A DNA stretch of 64,000 nucleotides, from positions 1 through 64,000 of IMG/VR virus record IMGVR_UViG_3300031867_000003; one strand, given 5' to 3'. The translations under genes and the position numbers were made by a program. This DNA is from a virus (taxonomy: Duplodnaviria > Caudoviricetes). A model generated the notes under the pieces. The model was given only the letters and a program-made list of their open reading frames with translations. It made no database searches and was not told where the DNA came from. This document shows, in pieces, positions 48,740 through 60,040 of this stretch; the stretch's first letter is position 1; each line of letters opens with the position of its first letter.

Positions 48740-49588
48740 ATGCCTATACATGATGAAATTGGAACAAGAATGAAAAAGTATTACGAAGAAATCCCCAAGA
48801 CAAGATTGATGAGGCGCTGTCCCGTGATTATTCGACTTGACATGCGCGCAGGACACTCATATACGAAGGGATTTAAAAGACCGTTTGATGATATATTCAT
48901 TAAATCAATGCAAGATACTGCGAAGTATTTATGCCAGAATGTACAAGGGGCGGTTATGAGCTATCAACAGAGTGATGAGATTAGCTTATTGCTTATTGAC
49001 TACCAAACACTTAATTCTCAGGCATTCTTTGATTACGAGGTACAGAAAGTTTGTAGCATTACTGCCTCGATGGCGACACTTGCGTTTAATGAAGCATTTG
49101 AAAAAAATGTGTATAATTTAATGCATAAAACAACTGAAAACAATCAAGATGACTCCGATGAGTATAAAGAAGCTCTTTTAAAGGCAATGACAAAAGGTGC
49201 GATGTTCGATAGTCGTTGCTTCAATCTGGTGAAGGAGGAATGCGCAAATTATTTTTATTGGCGTCAACTCGATGCTACTCGCAACAGCATCCAGATGGTA
49301 GGTCAGGCGAATTTCTCACACAAAGAACTCCAGGGTAAATCTTGCAATGCTATCCAAGATATGTTGCACGAGCAGCGCGGAATTAACTGGAATGATTTGC
49401 CAACTTATCAGAAGCGCGGCTCTTGTTGCATTAAGATTGAGGAACTTGCCGACGGAGCTATAAAAGAACTCGGCGATGGGTCGGGAGTTTATAATGAGGG
49501 TGACGTAATTCGTCGTAGATGGGTTATTGATAATGATATCCCGATTTTTACAGGCGACTGTCGCCAGTATATTGAACGATTTATTTGA
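48740..49588 (+). CDS. tRNA(His) guanylyltransferase Thg1-like protein
   Basis: RMKKYYE, IIRLD, QSDEISL, FDSR, WRQLDATRNS. Confidence 0.9.
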   Translation: MPIHDEIGTRMKKYYEEIPKTRLMRRCPVIIRLDMRAGHSYTKGFKRPFDDIFIKSMQDTAKYLCQNVQGAVMSYQQSDEISLLLIDYQTLNSQAFFDYEVQKVCSITASMATLAFNEAFEKNVYNLMHKTTENNQDDSDEYKEALLKAMTKGAMFDSRCFNLVKEECANYFYWRQLDATRNSIQMVGQANFSHKELQGKSCNAIQDMLHEQRGINWNDLPTYQKRGSCCIKIEELADGAIKELGDGSGVYNEGDVIRRRWVIDNDIPIFTGDCRQYIERFI

Positions 49589-49597
49589 GGATGTATT

Positions 49598-50140
49598 ATG
49601 ATTAGAGGATTATACAAATTCGCCGAGCGATGGTCAGAGTGTGGCTCGGTATACATTGTTTCGGATACACATTTTGACGATCCGGATCGGGAACTTATGG
49701 GGTATACGATATCTACACAAGACCATGTTGATGTTATCAAACGTACTGTTCATAAATCCGACACCCTCATTCATTTGGGGGACGTCGGTAATCCGGAATA
49801 TTTTAAATTGATCCGAGGATACAAAGTTCTGATTATGGGAAACCATGATGAATCAGCTACTCGATTTAAACCGTATTTTGATGAAATCTATGAGGGACCG
49901 GTGATAATAGGTCGCAAGTTGATTCTGTCCCATGAGCCGGTAGATGTCCCCTGGGCATTTAATATACACGGACACAACCATAATGCCGAGAGCATGTTTA
50001 GCCCATATCATCTAAACGTTGCGGCGAACGTCGCATCATACGATCCGGTGAACCTCGGTAAACTAATCAAAGATGGGTGGTTGGCTACGGTCGAAGATAT
50101 CCATCGCATAACTATTGATAATGCTATTAATAAAAAATAA
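49598..50140 (+). CDS. Calcineurin-like metallophosphoesterase
   Basis: SDTH, HLGD, GNHD, SHEP, HGHNH. Confidence 0.9.
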   Translation: MIRGLYKFAERWSECGSVYIVSDTHFDDPDRELMGYTISTQDHVDVIKRTVHKSDTLIHLGDVGNPEYFKLIRGYKVLIMGNHDESATRFKPYFDEIYEGPVIIGRKLILSHEPVDVPWAFNIHGHNHNAESMFSPYHLNVAANVASYDPVNLGKLIKDGWLATVEDIHRITIDNAINKK

Positions 50141-50154
50141 GGAGGAAAAATGAT

Positions 50155-50842
50155 ATGACGATTTTAACAACTGCAATGGAGTTACTTGCAATTCAGGACG
50201 ATATTCTTAGACGAGAGAAAATTTATAGTATTGATTATGACATTATTATGTTTGAGCAGATCTGGGGAAGTACAGCTCTTGGATTTCCGGGAGTCGGCGG
50301 TAGTGCAATGACAGAAGCTACCACATATGTGCTGATTCCGAAGAAAGAGGCTGATTGCGCCCATGTATATTTTGGTTCGCAGTTCGCATACAAGGTTAAC
50401 GGTCTTACACAAACGTTTATGGATGATTTAAACAATCATTCTATGGCGAGCGTGATGGAAGCGAGCAGTCGATATGGTAGTTTAGAGAGTGAGGAGACTA
50501 CAGATGAAGATAGCGCTGACTGAAGAGCAATACGCCGAGTTGAGAAAAGATCATTATCTTGAAATAATTATTAACGAAGCTACTAAACAGAATTTGTATT
50601 TTGAATTTAATGATGCCGGTGCATTCAACTACGGCGAAATTAATCAAAAGGGTGTTCCGGGGTATCCGAGGGGATTTTATTTTGACGATGGGGATTTGAA
50701 AAAGATAATTCCCGCCAAACCCACCGACCCGTCTTGGTACCATAATGAACCTCTGTGCCCTAACTGTGGCGCATATATGTTGTATCATTATGAATGCTGT
50801 CCTAAATGCGGTCAGACGCTAGACTGGAGAGAGCGTGATTAA
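50155..50842 (+). other. Two hypothetical genes (stops at 50523, 50842; the second with CxxC pairs)
   Basis: ORF track. Confidence 0.7.
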
Positions 50843-51362
50843 TATGATGAGTAACGAGGTAGCTACTAGCATTATATTCTTAGATGTTGACGGCGTTCTA
50901 AATTGCGATTCTGCTAAAGCACTGGCACCGAGTGGGGCACTAGGCGTGATGGATTCCAAGGTCAAGTTACTGAGAACAATTATTGATCTTACAGATGCCA
51001 AAGTTGTTCTCAGTAGTGATTGGAGACTATGTGAGCCGGGGAATCGTGATTATAAGTATCTAGAGAATAAACTGTGGTACAAAGGCGGTATCAAAATCTA
51101 CGGTAAAACTCCGGATATTGACTGGCGACGTCGCGGACAGGAGATACTTGCTTGGCTCGGGCAGCATCCGCAAGTTACTTCGTGGGTTGTGTTGGACGAT
51201 ATTAGGTTTGATGATTTTTCTCGCCCGGAGTTTGTCGGTCATTTGGTAATTACTGATTATAAGATTGGACTCATGGATCTTGATGCTCTCAAAGCTGTCA
51301 AAATATTGCGTGGCGAGTATATTGAAGAAGGTGAGGATTATGACCCAGACGAACTGCCCTAA
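50835..51362 (+). CDS. HAD-superfamily phosphatase (RNA-repair-associated HAD type)
   Basis: FLDVDGVLN, VLSSDWR, RGQEI..WL, VVLDD. Confidence 0.85.
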   Translation: MINMMSNEVATSIIFLDVDGVLNCDSAKALAPSGALGVMDSKVKLLRTIIDLTDAKVVLSSDWRLCEPGNRDYKYLENKLWYKGGIKIYGKTPDIDWRRRGQEILAWLGQHPQVTSWVVLDDIRFDDFSRPEFVGHLVITDYKIGLMDLDALKAVKILRGEYIEEGEDYDPDELP

Positions 51363-52724
51363 TTGTGGAGCGCCGATTGAACCGTACAAGATTAGGTGCG
51401 ATTATTGCGGAACTTACTACCTAGATTTGACCGCTTTCGATATGAGTGAGAATAAACCATACTATGTAAAGTTTCGCATACCAGGCGGAACTATTACCAC
51501 AAGAGCGATTCCCGAGGTGAAGAATGTGGATGTGTACGAGGATTCGTTTAATGCTCTGGATTGTATGGGGAATACGGTTGCAACATTTGTTAATTCTCGA
51601 AGCTGCGATATTGGAGTAATATTCCACTCGGTGGTTAGTCCGGAAGATAATACGCTATACAAAATTGAAATAAATAATTAATTATTAAATACATATTGAC
51701 AATGAATACACTATGTGCTACCATAAGACAGTAGTTAATTATTAAATATATGAGGGACATATATATGAAAATAAAATACAGAAAAAATGATGTAGTCCAG
51801 TTTACCGAAGACCACAAGTGGATGGCTTCGCTAGGGATTATATCTGACATTCGAGAACAAGATGGCGATATTTCCTACATGATTGGAGTACCAATTCCGC
51901 AGCAGGGTATTGCATATATTTGGTCTAGCGAACCTGATATTGAGTTTGAGTATGTCGGCAGAGCAATACTTGGAGAAGCGGAGGATTAATTATGCTTATA
52001 TGCAATAATACGGATCAAATGTTATATGTTTCCGGTCACCAAATAAAACCTCGAGAGTTCGATGAGGTCATTGAAAGTTGTTTTGATATGATTAGTATTC
52101 ATTGTGATTTAGGCTCCTCACAAATTATATGTGAGTACGGTCAGCGAGAAATCAAAAACTTCGGAAATATTATTGCTGAAGAATCAGATGGTCTAGACCC
52201 TGATAATAAGAAAATTATTATAGTTAATAGCAAATAAAACAAAATTTTGATTGGATATATAATATGATTGATAAAAATAATTCTGTTCCCAATACGCGAG
52301 AGCTGCTTCATATTCATAATGAGCAGAAAGAAGAATGTCGAAAAGAACATGAGAAGAAGCGCCTAAGAAATTATATTCTTAGCGATACAATGTATGTTGA
52401 TTCAATAAAACCGGAGTGCCTTCGCCAGGAAATAGTTGAAGAGATTGGTAGTGGCAAGGAAGTCATATTTAGTATATATCATGGCGGCAGAAAATTTTTA
52501 GAATATCCAATTCAGCTAATTGATAAGGAGGCATGATTATGTTTAACGAAAAAGACGCAATGCCAGAAATGGACGTTGAAGAATATAAAGAAGCGTTGCT
52601 ACGGTCAATTAATGTGGAATTGGGATTGGAATACGGGGAGAACGATAATTATCACGTTGGACTTAGGAACGGATTAAGAATTTGCAGGGCTTTTATAGAT
52701 GGGAAAACTCCGGATTATGAATAA
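51340..52724 (+). other. Small hypothetical genes (stops at 51681, 51989, 52237, 52536, 52724)
   Basis: ORF track, RBS motifs. Confidence 0.7.
51678..51746 (+). promoter_or_regulatory. SigA promoter flanked by two TTAATTATTAAA boxes
   Basis: Boxes 51678-51689 and 51735-51746; TTGACA 51696-51701, 17 bp, TG-extended TACCAT. Confidence 0.8.
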
Positions 52725-52730
52725 TGAGTT

Positions 52731-52901
52731 TCTGCGGTGGCGGAATAGACATCCACAATCGGGGTAACCGGGAGGATGGTAAAGAAGTGGCGGAACGCCC
52801 TTCATTTGTAGACGCTTATACATAAGGCGCATACTCAGAACGACCAATGACGAGTTGTTATACAATGGCGCCATATGTGGTGCAAATCCACATCCGCAGA
52901 A
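52731..52901 (+). ncRNA. Giant (171-nt) tRNA-like RNA
   Basis: TCTGCGG/CCGCAGA acceptor, TGGCGGAA..GTAGACGC D arm with a large insert, ATGTGG-TGCAAAT-CCACAT T arm. Confidence 0.65.
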
Positions 52902-52912
52902 TTGGAGAATAT

Positions 52913-53894
52913 ATGAAGTTAGGAATTTTAATTATTACTATTGTGATATTAACGGTTGTAATTTTAATATATGTCGCTAACGCTTCGAGCTATTATGAAT
53001 GCATAAGCGACGAACAAACAATAACATTTGATGAATTTATTAAACTTGAAGCGGTTGCACCGGAAAAATGGATTATATCTGATTGGGTATATTACTGTGT
53101 ATATTATGGCAGTACAAGGATTTTTATGAAGACTTATTTTGATGAATTGAGATTGGCTCATGCGGCGAAAAAACTTGATAAACTAGAACTTCAATCAGCT
53201 ATGGATAAAAAACGAGCAGAGTTGATAAAATCCTGGCAATCAGACATCGATAATTATCGCAGCGAATATATGGACGCTATCAAGACATACTTCAATGAGG
53301 GTAAGATACTATGAAACGGTATAAAGTCTGGGTTAGGCTTGAAGAAGAATATGATGATATAGTCGCAAACTCCAAAGAAGAAGCATTCATAGTTGCTAGT
53401 GATGCAGCAATTAGCGGTGGCAGTTGGTATTATTCAGTAGAAGAAATTGAGGATTACGATGAAGATAGTGAGAAATAATCATGCTAAGCCATATATTATA
53501 TACCTTCGGGACGAACAAATCACGGAGAATCCTCATTATAATTGTGATGCTGTAAGTATAAGATGGGATGATGGAGGAATGTCATGTAGCACTTTACAAA
53601 CCCTGCATCCGATTACTAGCGAGCAAGCAAATGCAATAAGGAGTGATAATCGTGACTAAAAACATATCTTATAAACAAGTTATATGTGATATCTGCGGTA
53701 AAGAAGAGAGAATCGATCAATCAAACGATTTACCTCCTAAATGGGGAGAATTAAAATGTGGATGGCATTTTAAATATGATTGCTGCCCGGAATGTATACA
53801 AAATCTCAAGACGACAATAGAGGAGATAAAAAAGAATAACACTCGTCCCAAAATAGTAATAACAAAGGATGGATGTATACGTGTTGAAGATTAA
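52913..53894 (+). other. Small hypothetical genes (stops at 53314, about 53480, 53659, 53894)
   Basis: ORF track; the first has an N-terminal TM segment. Confidence 0.65.
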
Positions 53895-54180
53895 AGAAGC
53901 TGAGTTATATCAAGAAATCGAATTATTCGACGACGATAAAAAAATAGGTGAAGCCGAGGTTGATATTAATAACAAAATGTTATCCAGACTAAGTATTTTT
54001 CCGCCGTATCAAAATCGCGGCTACGGGCAGCAAGTAGTTAAGATGTTGTGTGAAAAGTATGGATGTAATAATCTATGGGTTAATGCCGATAATGATATGG
54101 CAATTCATGTTTATGAAAAATGTGGATTCAAAATGGTAAAGCCCACAATGTATATGATGGAGTTAAATACCGATGACTAA
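53869..54180 (+). CDS. GNAT-family acetyltransferase
   Basis: PPYQNRGYGQ acetyl-CoA motif, N..AIHVYEKCGF. Confidence 0.85.
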   Translation: MDVYVLKIKEAELYQEIELFDDDKKIGEAEVDINNKMLSRLSIFPPYQNRGYGQQVVKMLCEKYGCNNLWVNADNDMAIHVYEKCGFKMVKPTMYMMELNTDD

Positions 54181-54847
54181 TTTTGATAGAATTCGCCAGA
54201 TGACGGAGGAAGAATTTGCCGATTGGCTCGAGGATTTTGCCGAAGCATATGTGGAATTTTGGCTGCTAGGCACATGTAAGAGTGTTAGAGAAGACGACAA
54301 AAGAATTCAGTTGGGTATGTTAAAATCAGAATATATTGGAGATAAGATGTTTGAATTCTGAGAAGGAGAAAATAATGGTTAAAGTATTTACAACAAATAG
54401 CAATGGTAAAATTGAATTTACCAAAGATGAACTTGAGAAGCTACTCAACGAAGTATGGCGAGATGGATATGATTCTAATAAATCGCTTTGGTGGCCATCG
54501 TCGCCGACTACTCCTGTGGGTAGACTTAGCCCAGGCGAAGAATCGATGCAGCTTACGTGCTGAATCGGTGGTGATGCGTAATGAATAACTATAGTGATGA
54601 AGAAATAAAATCAATACTTGTATGTCTTAAAACTCTTGCGCAAATGTCTACGGCACTCGCCAGACCTGTTTGTAGTCAATGCGAACTTTATGATTATAAT
54701 GAGATGTCCGATGAAGGATATTGCGCAGCTAAGGATTACGAACCGATTAAACTATATCGAAAACATCGCCCTGATTGGTGCCCGAGATTAAGGGGGGTAA
54801 TGACTGATGGAAGAAACCACGAAGTTGATACAAAAACTGCGGAATAG
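54173..54847 (+). other. Small hypothetical genes (stops at 54361, 54563, 54847)
   Basis: ORF track. Confidence 0.65.
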
Positions 54848-55346
54848 AGAACATATTAGTAGGGAAGAAGTTGGTCTTACGGCTAATAATGAAGGATATT
54901 ATCCGAGATTGGAGAGTAAAATCATGGAATTAAAATGTTGCCCATTTTGTGGTAGTACTGTTGAATTAAAGAAGGAGCCTATCTGTGGATATGGCGGATG
55001 TTATTCATATTCGATCCGATGTGATAACTGTGGATGTGAACTGGATTATGAGAAAAATGATACTGTATATCGCTCGGACGAAGAAGCGATTAATAATGTC
55101 ATTCCCGTATGGAATAAGAGGGCATCAGCCCCTATAGAAGAAGCACAAGAGATCAATGAAATAATCAATCAAGCTTTTCTCAATGCTTGTAAATATCTTC
55201 AACGTAATCCACCGGCAGAACTAGAGGATTATTCCATAGAGGAACTTAATGCACTTGCAGGAGCCGGAAGTTATGAGGATGGTTATAAACAGTGGGCGAA
55301 TTACTTTATTAATAACGCAATTAAGAATTCGAAGCATGAGGACTGA
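54807..55346 (+). CDS. Protein with Lar-like (restriction alleviation) zinc domain
   Basis: LKCCPFCG..IRCDNCG..EEAI..WNKR. Confidence 0.6.
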   Translation: MEETTKLIQKLRNREHISREEVGLTANNEGYYPRLESKIMELKCCPFCGSTVELKKEPICGYGGCYSYSIRCDNCGCELDYEKNDTVYRSDEEAINNVIPVWNKRASAPIEEAQEINEIINQAFLNACKYLQRNPPAELEDYSIEELNALAGAGSYEDGYKQWANYFINNAIKNSKHED

Positions 55347-56031
55347 TATGCGAATAATAGATGCAAATACAGATTACTATGATTACCTTCAGAATATATA
55401 CCGAGATAATTCTTTGGTGTTTGATCGGAGAGATTCATTTGTACTAACTAAGAAACTTCTTTGTGAGAGTTTAAAAGTTAATAGCTGGCAATCTACTGAT
55501 TATAGCAATAAAAATTATCTATTACTTCAAATTTGTAATTCCTTTTGGTTATTTGGTGTAGATATAATCAAATTCGATGGATATCGCGCAACTGATTATA
55601 ATATAAAATTGCTAAGATCATGGAAAAACTACGATAAGACCAGAAAGCTGATTAGTTTAGACGTTATATACTTTGGATTTATTCCCGGATATTATAAACT
55701 TAAAGATTCGGAGAAAATGCTTGATTCACAAATTCAGGCAATCGATACTAATAACTATCGAGTTTGGAAGAGTATAAATAGATTTTTTATTTATCCTGGT
55801 GATGATCTGAGCAGAAAAATAGAGAAACATATTCCACTACTGAAAGCATGTGGGATTGCTGAATGGGTTGATCCGCTTGATGTGTATCTAGCATTCGAGG
55901 AATATTTTTCTTTAGAAAAAAGTTCTTCCGAGAGGAGAGAACCAATTGGTAATACTGATATTGATAAAATTAAAAGCCATGGGTTTGATGTTAAAACATC
56001 TTTTAGAAGGAAGAAAGGGGTTGTTTTATGA
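55249..56031 (+). CDS. Hypothetical phage protein (likely start 55348)
   Basis: MRIID..DYYDY...KIKSHGFDVKTSFR. Confidence 0.75.
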   Translation: MHLQEPEVMRMVINSGRITLLITQLRIRSMRTDMRIIDANTDYYDYLQNIYRDNSLVFDRRDSFVLTKKLLCESLKVNSWQSTDYSNKNYLLLQICNSFWLFGVDIIKFDGYRATDYNIKLLRSWKNYDKTRKLISLDVIYFGFIPGYYKLKDSEKMLDSQIQAIDTNNYRVWKSINRFFIYPGDDLSRKIEKHIPLLKACGIAEWVDPLDVYLAFEEYFSLEKSSSERREPIGNTDIDKIKSHGFDVKTSFRRKKGVVL

Positions 56032-56426
56032 GAACCATTTTACTGTACGCCATGGTATTCCTCCATATTGTAGATGACTATTATCTTCAAGGGATTCTGG
56101 CGCAAATGAAGCAGAAGTCCTGGTGGGAGAAAAATGCACCAGATCCGCTTTATAAAAACGATTACAAGGTTGCGTTAATTGAACATACTTTCAGTTGGAC
56201 GTTTATGATTATGCTGCCAATAACTGTAATGATGGTGATTAACAATAATATATTGATAATTCCATGGAGTATAGCATTTGTTGTTAACTGGATTATCCAT
56301 GGATGGGTAGATCACTTAAAAGCTAATGTCCATAATATAAGTCTTGTGGTTGATTAAATAATTCATATCTGTTAGATTATTGGGACATGGTGCGTAATGA
56401 CAGAGTTAATGGGGGTTGTCGGATGA
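56028..56426 (+). CDS. DUF3307-like membrane protein interrupted by TAA (56355) and TAG (56373)
   Basis: HIVDDYYLQ, H.WVD..K; frame continues VVD*IIHIC*IIGTW to a TGA that overlaps the next ATG at 56423. Confidence 0.6.
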
Positions 56427-57866
56427 GTGTAGTGGTTAAAGGTATAAAAATGCCACGGTCGTGTTCTGATTGCCAATTGAACCTTGAACAGATGGCATGT
56501 TCTGTCACGGGGACAAGATGGTGGAGCGACACAATGGTTCTAATGGATTTCGATTGTGACAATGAAAGGCTTTACGATTGTCAAATAGATGAACTTCCGG
56601 AGCATCATGGTAGATTAATTGATGCCGACAAAATGAAACAGTGGTTTTTCCGACCATATTCAAATGAGGAAAGTTATTCCAATATTGATATTGCAAGGAT
56701 TATAGATAGTCAAGCTACTATTGTTGAAGCAGAATGAAAGAGGTTATGGAAATGATTAAATTAAATATAGAAATGCCAGAAAGTTGGTTAGATTGTCCAT
56801 TTATGGAAGAAGATGCAGACGATAATACGCCATGGTGTTATTTTGAACCGTATGTTGACGGACGATGTACTGGATTGTTCCAGGGCAAATGCCCGATAAT
56901 TCGGGATGAAAATACAGAATGAAAGGGTTATTCTATGGGGGATAATATATGAGACTGATTGATGCTAACGAATTATTAGAACACGCGTGGAGAGATAAAC
57001 TCGACAGTAGAGAATTAATAGCAAACATGATTGAAAGCGCTCCAACGGTTTATAATCGAGAAAAATGTGGCGAGGCTAATATCATAATGGGGGATAGAAG
57101 TTACAGCGAGGGATGTGTATCTGACTTTGTTTCTATTCTTCTAGCGAATGGATATGAAGTAAATATTAAACGAAATTGTAATAAATTTAATATCGAGTAT
57201 TATAAACAACATGAGTCTATGTTTGAATTTTAATAAAAGGATTTCTTAATGAACTATAAAGAATTTGCAAAAACACTTTTTGATTCTGAAGGCCAAATGT
57301 TTCCAAATGGCACAGACGCGCAGACTTGTTTGAATATTTTGGCGGATCATTTCTTGGGAAAAGATTTGGTACTAAATTATCCTGGTCATATAACTCAATG
57401 GAATTCTGAAGTTACTCATGAAATTTTGAGAAAATATCCATCTGGAAAAATTAGAAGAATACACAAATAATAAATGGGGGGTTATTTAATGGATATAAAA
57501 AGAGTTAATCATATTGAATTACATTTTAATCATAAGGATAATTTGGAAACATTATTATTTATGAATAATGATTGTGAAATTGTTATTAGAAACCTAAAAC
57601 GAGACCATATTATAGTTGGCGGAGAAGCAGTAAACAATTACACTTATGATTTTATGAGCTTGTGGTTTAAGACCGATGACGATGATTATTATAATCATAA
57701 TTATGAATCGTTAAAAAAATTAAAAACCATTAAACTAGATGATCTTTGCTCGATAGTTATTAAATATACCGATGGTACGGAGATGATGGTGCATCCAACT
57801 GAAGATATTACATATATAGCCATGAACAATGAAAATGAATATTTACATGTGATGTATCAGAAATGA
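56423..57866 (+). other. Small hypothetical genes (stops at 56737, 56922, 57233, 57470, 57866)
   Basis: ORF track; RLIDAD/RLIDAN phage modules. Confidence 0.7.
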
Positions 57867-57904
57867 AACAGTACTTTGATAAATATTAAATATGGTAATA
57901 GAAT

Positions 57905-58468
57905 ATGGTAATAGATTTAGAAAACTGTAATAACAAGTATGGAATTATTTACACGGATCCGCCATGGCAACAATCAAAAGGCGGTAAAAAATCTGTAAGA
58001 CCAAATTCTAGTGGGGGGGAGTTATCGTACCCAACAATGAGTATAGAGGACATCTCTTCACTGCATGAAAATGTTTTTAATAAATTAACAGAGAAAAAGC
58101 ATGATGTCTTTATGTGGACAATTGACAAATATTTAATAGATACAGAACAGTTTATGAAAAAACTTGGGTACACAAGACATGCTAGGATTATATGGGATAA
58201 GATTACTGGTCAAGCTACAGCATTTACTGTCAGATTTACACACGAATATTTGTTATGGTTTTATAAAAAAGGGAATATCTTAATGCCAGCAGATAGTACT
58301 CGCGGAAAATATTCAGATGTAATAAGAGAACAAGTAAAACGGCATTCGCAAAAACCGCAATGTGCATATGAAATGCTAGAAGATATGTTTCCAGATACTA
58401 AGAAACTAGAATTATTTGCGAGAAACAAACGACCTGGCTGGGACTGCTGGGGCAATGAAGTAGCATAA
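57905..58468 (+). CDS. MT-A70-family N6-adenine methyltransferase
   Basis: IIYTDPPW, YPTM, FMWT, HSQKP, KLELFAR..GWDCWGNE. Confidence 0.92.
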   Translation: MVIDLENCNNKYGIIYTDPPWQQSKGGKKSVRPNSSGGELSYPTMSIEDISSLHENVFNKLTEKKHDVFMWTIDKYLIDTEQFMKKLGYTRHARIIWDKITGQATAFTVRFTHEYLLWFYKKGNILMPADSTRGKYSDVIREQVKRHSQKPQCAYEMLEDMFPDTKKLELFARNKRPGWDCWGNEVA

Positions 58469-58480
58469 AACGATTCTTTT

Positions 58481-60040
58481 ATGGAGACGGCGATAATGAC
58501 AGAAGAAAAGGCTCTTGAAGCATTTAAAAATATATATAACGAAATAGATAAAGATAACCATCTGTTTGTTGGAACGATTAATCCAGAGATGATTATGATT
58601 GCTATTGAAGCATTGAAATATAAGATTAGCACAAGAATTATTACAGATAGTATAACGATAGAATGAGTTTTTTATATGGATGATAATAAAGAAAAAATAG
58701 TTGACGCTTTAAGCCAAGTGGCGGAGGAATATTTAGTTCCAGTCGAAGAAATTGCTGAGGCATTAAAAATAGTGAATAATAGGATGAAAGAATTTTTAGA
58801 TTCCGGTAAAAAACTTTCGGAAAAAGACTGGGAAAGAATGTTCAATAATTTATAAAAAGATTATTTAATTGGAGTAATAATATGGATTTTAAACTTGGAA
58901 ACATACCAATTCGTAATGCCAGAAATATAGAGTGGGAATCAAATGATGATGGCACTGGACAACTTTGGTTCAATGCCATGTTTGTAGACAAAGATGGCGA
59001 AGAACAAATTGTGAGATTCCATATATTTCGATTAAAGTTTGATGATCCGCTGATATCTATGGAATCTGTCAACAACAAGTTATATGAGGTTGAAGTACTA
59101 TGATTGGTAAGTGTTCAAATGTATGCAACAATAAAACATCCGAGGGTTATTGCAAAACGACAGGATGCATCAATCCTCGCTATCAGCAGTATTTATTTAC
59201 CGGGGTCGAAGACGGATGGATTAAGGTTGATAAAAAAACATGGGACGAATATCAGATGATGAAAAATCCTGATTATGGAGTTGGAAAATATAGTTGATAA
59301 AAAAATATTTGATGAGGTGTTAAATGCACTTGTATGAAATCGAGGCAGATTATAGACCGAAGAATCCAAACAAGCCTAAATATTATGTCTGGGCCGATAC
59401 AGTTAAAGAGGCAAAATTGGTTTTTAGCAACATAATCAGTTGGCTTACAATTTATAATGTCACTACGGTGGACGAAGAAGCTGCTTGCAAAATATGTAAT
59501 GAGCCAAATAAACATATAATCATATAAAAACAGTGGAGATAAATATAATGTCACGACATAAACGAAAAGGTCGAGCCATCGATCATTGCTGGAAATTTTG
59601 TAAATATAAAGGTGATATATCATTTTACGCCAAGTGTAGCTGTGGATTTCTATATCCTTGTTATAAAAATATTCCCCCTAATCCGATACATATTGTTCCG
59701 GCTCCTGAGAAGTTATTTAATTATTGCCCGCATTGCGGAGCGAGAAAAACTAGATATTATGAAGAAACAATTTATATAGATCGATATTTATTTGAGAATT
59801 GACGTTATTAGGAGGTATAATATGGATAACACACAAGAAGCATTAAACAGAGCCAAGACACTTCTTAAAGCTACCGGGAAATTACTTAAAAAACAAGAGG
59901 ATTCATATTATGTATTAAATATTTTAAAAGAAACTGTTTATTATGATGGGGCCGAATGTGACGGTTTATGTTTGTTGGATGATATTAGATATTGGCTTGA
60001 TGAATTTACAACTGATAATATAGATGAGGAAGATTTATGA
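58481..60040 (+). other. Small hypothetical genes (stops at 58666, about 58848, 59103, 59297, 59527, 59802, 60040)
   Basis: ORF track, RBS motifs. Confidence 0.7.
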
